64,000 nucleotides of DNA from Octopus bimaculoides (taxonomy: Eukaryota): positions 13,108,852 through 13,172,851 of the forward strand of contig NC_068996.1 of NCBI RefSeq assembly GCF_001194135.2. The letters run 5' to 3'. The notes beneath the pieces were generated by a model. It saw only the letters and a list, made by a program, of their open reading frames with translations. It had not been told where the DNA came from and made no database searches. The translations under genes and the position numbers were made by a program. Positions 62,770 to 64,000 of the stretch are shown here, piece after piece; position 1 is the first letter of the stretch; every line of letters starts with the position of its first letter.

Positions 62770-64000
62770 ATAAGTACATGTAGTTGAAACGTTGAGTAAT
62801 ATATATATATATATATATTCATACATACAGCCACAGCATGAACTAATAATCAGAATTCCTGTGCGTGCTCGCAAGCGTAGGTGTGGTTGTGGTAAAAGGC
62901 TTAGAGACCCAACTTCATGTAAGTCTGCTCACACAAATATGACCTATACTGAATCAGGGCAAGTTTGGAATTGTTTCTTGATCCCATTGGTCCACCAGTA
63001 TGCGACTCAAATTGGAATCACCCTGTTACACTTTTAGTGCTTACGAGTAGACGTATGGAAGGCAAAAGGAACTGAGAATTATATTTGACTTATTCAGAAT
63101 TTGGATAACGAACATTGTTATGAAACAATCCCTTTAATTTTTATACATGTTTAAGCAGTGATACATTTTTCAGAGGGTACCATCCCTCTGAGTAGAAACT
63201 TTTTTAATGATAAAATTGCTTTTTCCACCAGACAAAATAAATAGAATATGAAGAGATAACAAATTTCCTCATTTTGAATCTACTCTTCAAGAAGAAAAAT
63301 ATTTTCTTTTATAACACGAATCAACTTAATATTTCTTTCAAGCGGTTTTAACAGTCAAAGTAGAATTCGGGAGCAGTAAAATTTATATTTATGCCCATTG
63401 AAATGCGTTATAAATGTTGCATATATTATTAGGATAGAAAGGTGAGAAAACTACATTAGAAGTGAGGAGAAGCCATATAATGGAAGGTGGGGAGGGAGTG
63501 GTGGAAGAAAACCAGAATGGAGAAAACATTTGGATTTTGATAAAAAGGATAGGAACGATCCAATGAAGTTTTGACTCGACATAACTCACCATGCAATTAC
63601 AAATAAAATTAACAGTTATTAACTGTAATAAATTTTGCTTTATAGTGTTACTTTATATAAGTGATGGTATAACAGGAAGATGAAAGTGTTCAGGTGATTT
63701 TGTAGCTCTGGGTTCTTTTGAGAATAAATGCCGTTTTTAATGTTATGTAGCCCATTATAGTCAGTGTAACTAATTATTTTATTTTATACTACAATGCACC
63801 CTCAAACGTTTGTATTGTACGTTATTACTATTCACATTTCATGAGTGCCGATTCAGTGATAACAGTCAAGGTATTTCGATGTGATACAATGAACTGTGTT
63901 TGACACGGTTGAGGAAACCTGTTTAAATGGTGGTAGGTTGGCGACTACCAAAATACTTGCGCTTTGGCGTCCAGGACAAACGGAGATGAATATTGTTATT

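Larger units (their letters stand above)
61991..62802 (-). mobile_element. Mini PLE / retrozyme-like element: two direct pseudo-LTR copies, short ORF, terminal inversion, SINE insert
   Basis: 61991-62084 is a diverged direct repeat of 62397-62468 + 62700-62721. It also has a PLE-type N-terminal ORF at 62288-62118, hammerhead motifs at 62081-62125 (-) and 62717-62769 (+), and inverted arms 62683-62721 / 62765-62802. Confidence 0.8.

Noticed and set aside
62820-63040. 81-aa ORF with an internal cat|gtaagt donor-like site
   Set aside because: It starts in an (AT)n tract, has no acceptor and no recognisable domain.

Overview
Animal genomic DNA, AT-rich and dense in repeats, with about 5 kb of N-gaps that mostly sit next to (AT)n, (CA)n or (CT)n tracts. 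The SINE families and microsatellite load resemble a coleoid cephalopod, probably Octopus (inference from recalled repeat consensus, not a database hit). I found no convincing host gene exon, rRNA, genuine tRNA gene or CRISPR array. The window is a nest of decayed transposons: several Penelope-like elements (PLE; RT plus GIY-YIG), R4/Dong-type RLE non-LTR fragments, an RTE 3' end, a DIRS/Ngaro-like tyrosine-recombinase retroelement, mariner remnants and a MITE, two Helitron halves (one carrying an OTU cysteine-protease domain), and many tRNA-derived SINEs. The main signal is a set of small PLE-derived elements carrying minimal type I hammerhead ribozyme motifs. One is a head-to-head palindromic double hammerhead at about 3.95-4.25 kb, with a third copy of the same family at about 54.5 kb. 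Another is a retrozyme-like mini-element at about 62.0-62.8 kb with a ~406-nt monomer between two predicted self-cleavage sites, an inversion junction at the predicted cleavage site, and a 56-codon PLE mini-ORF that stops inside the ribozyme core. All translations and coordinates were read by eye; no homology search or folding program was run.
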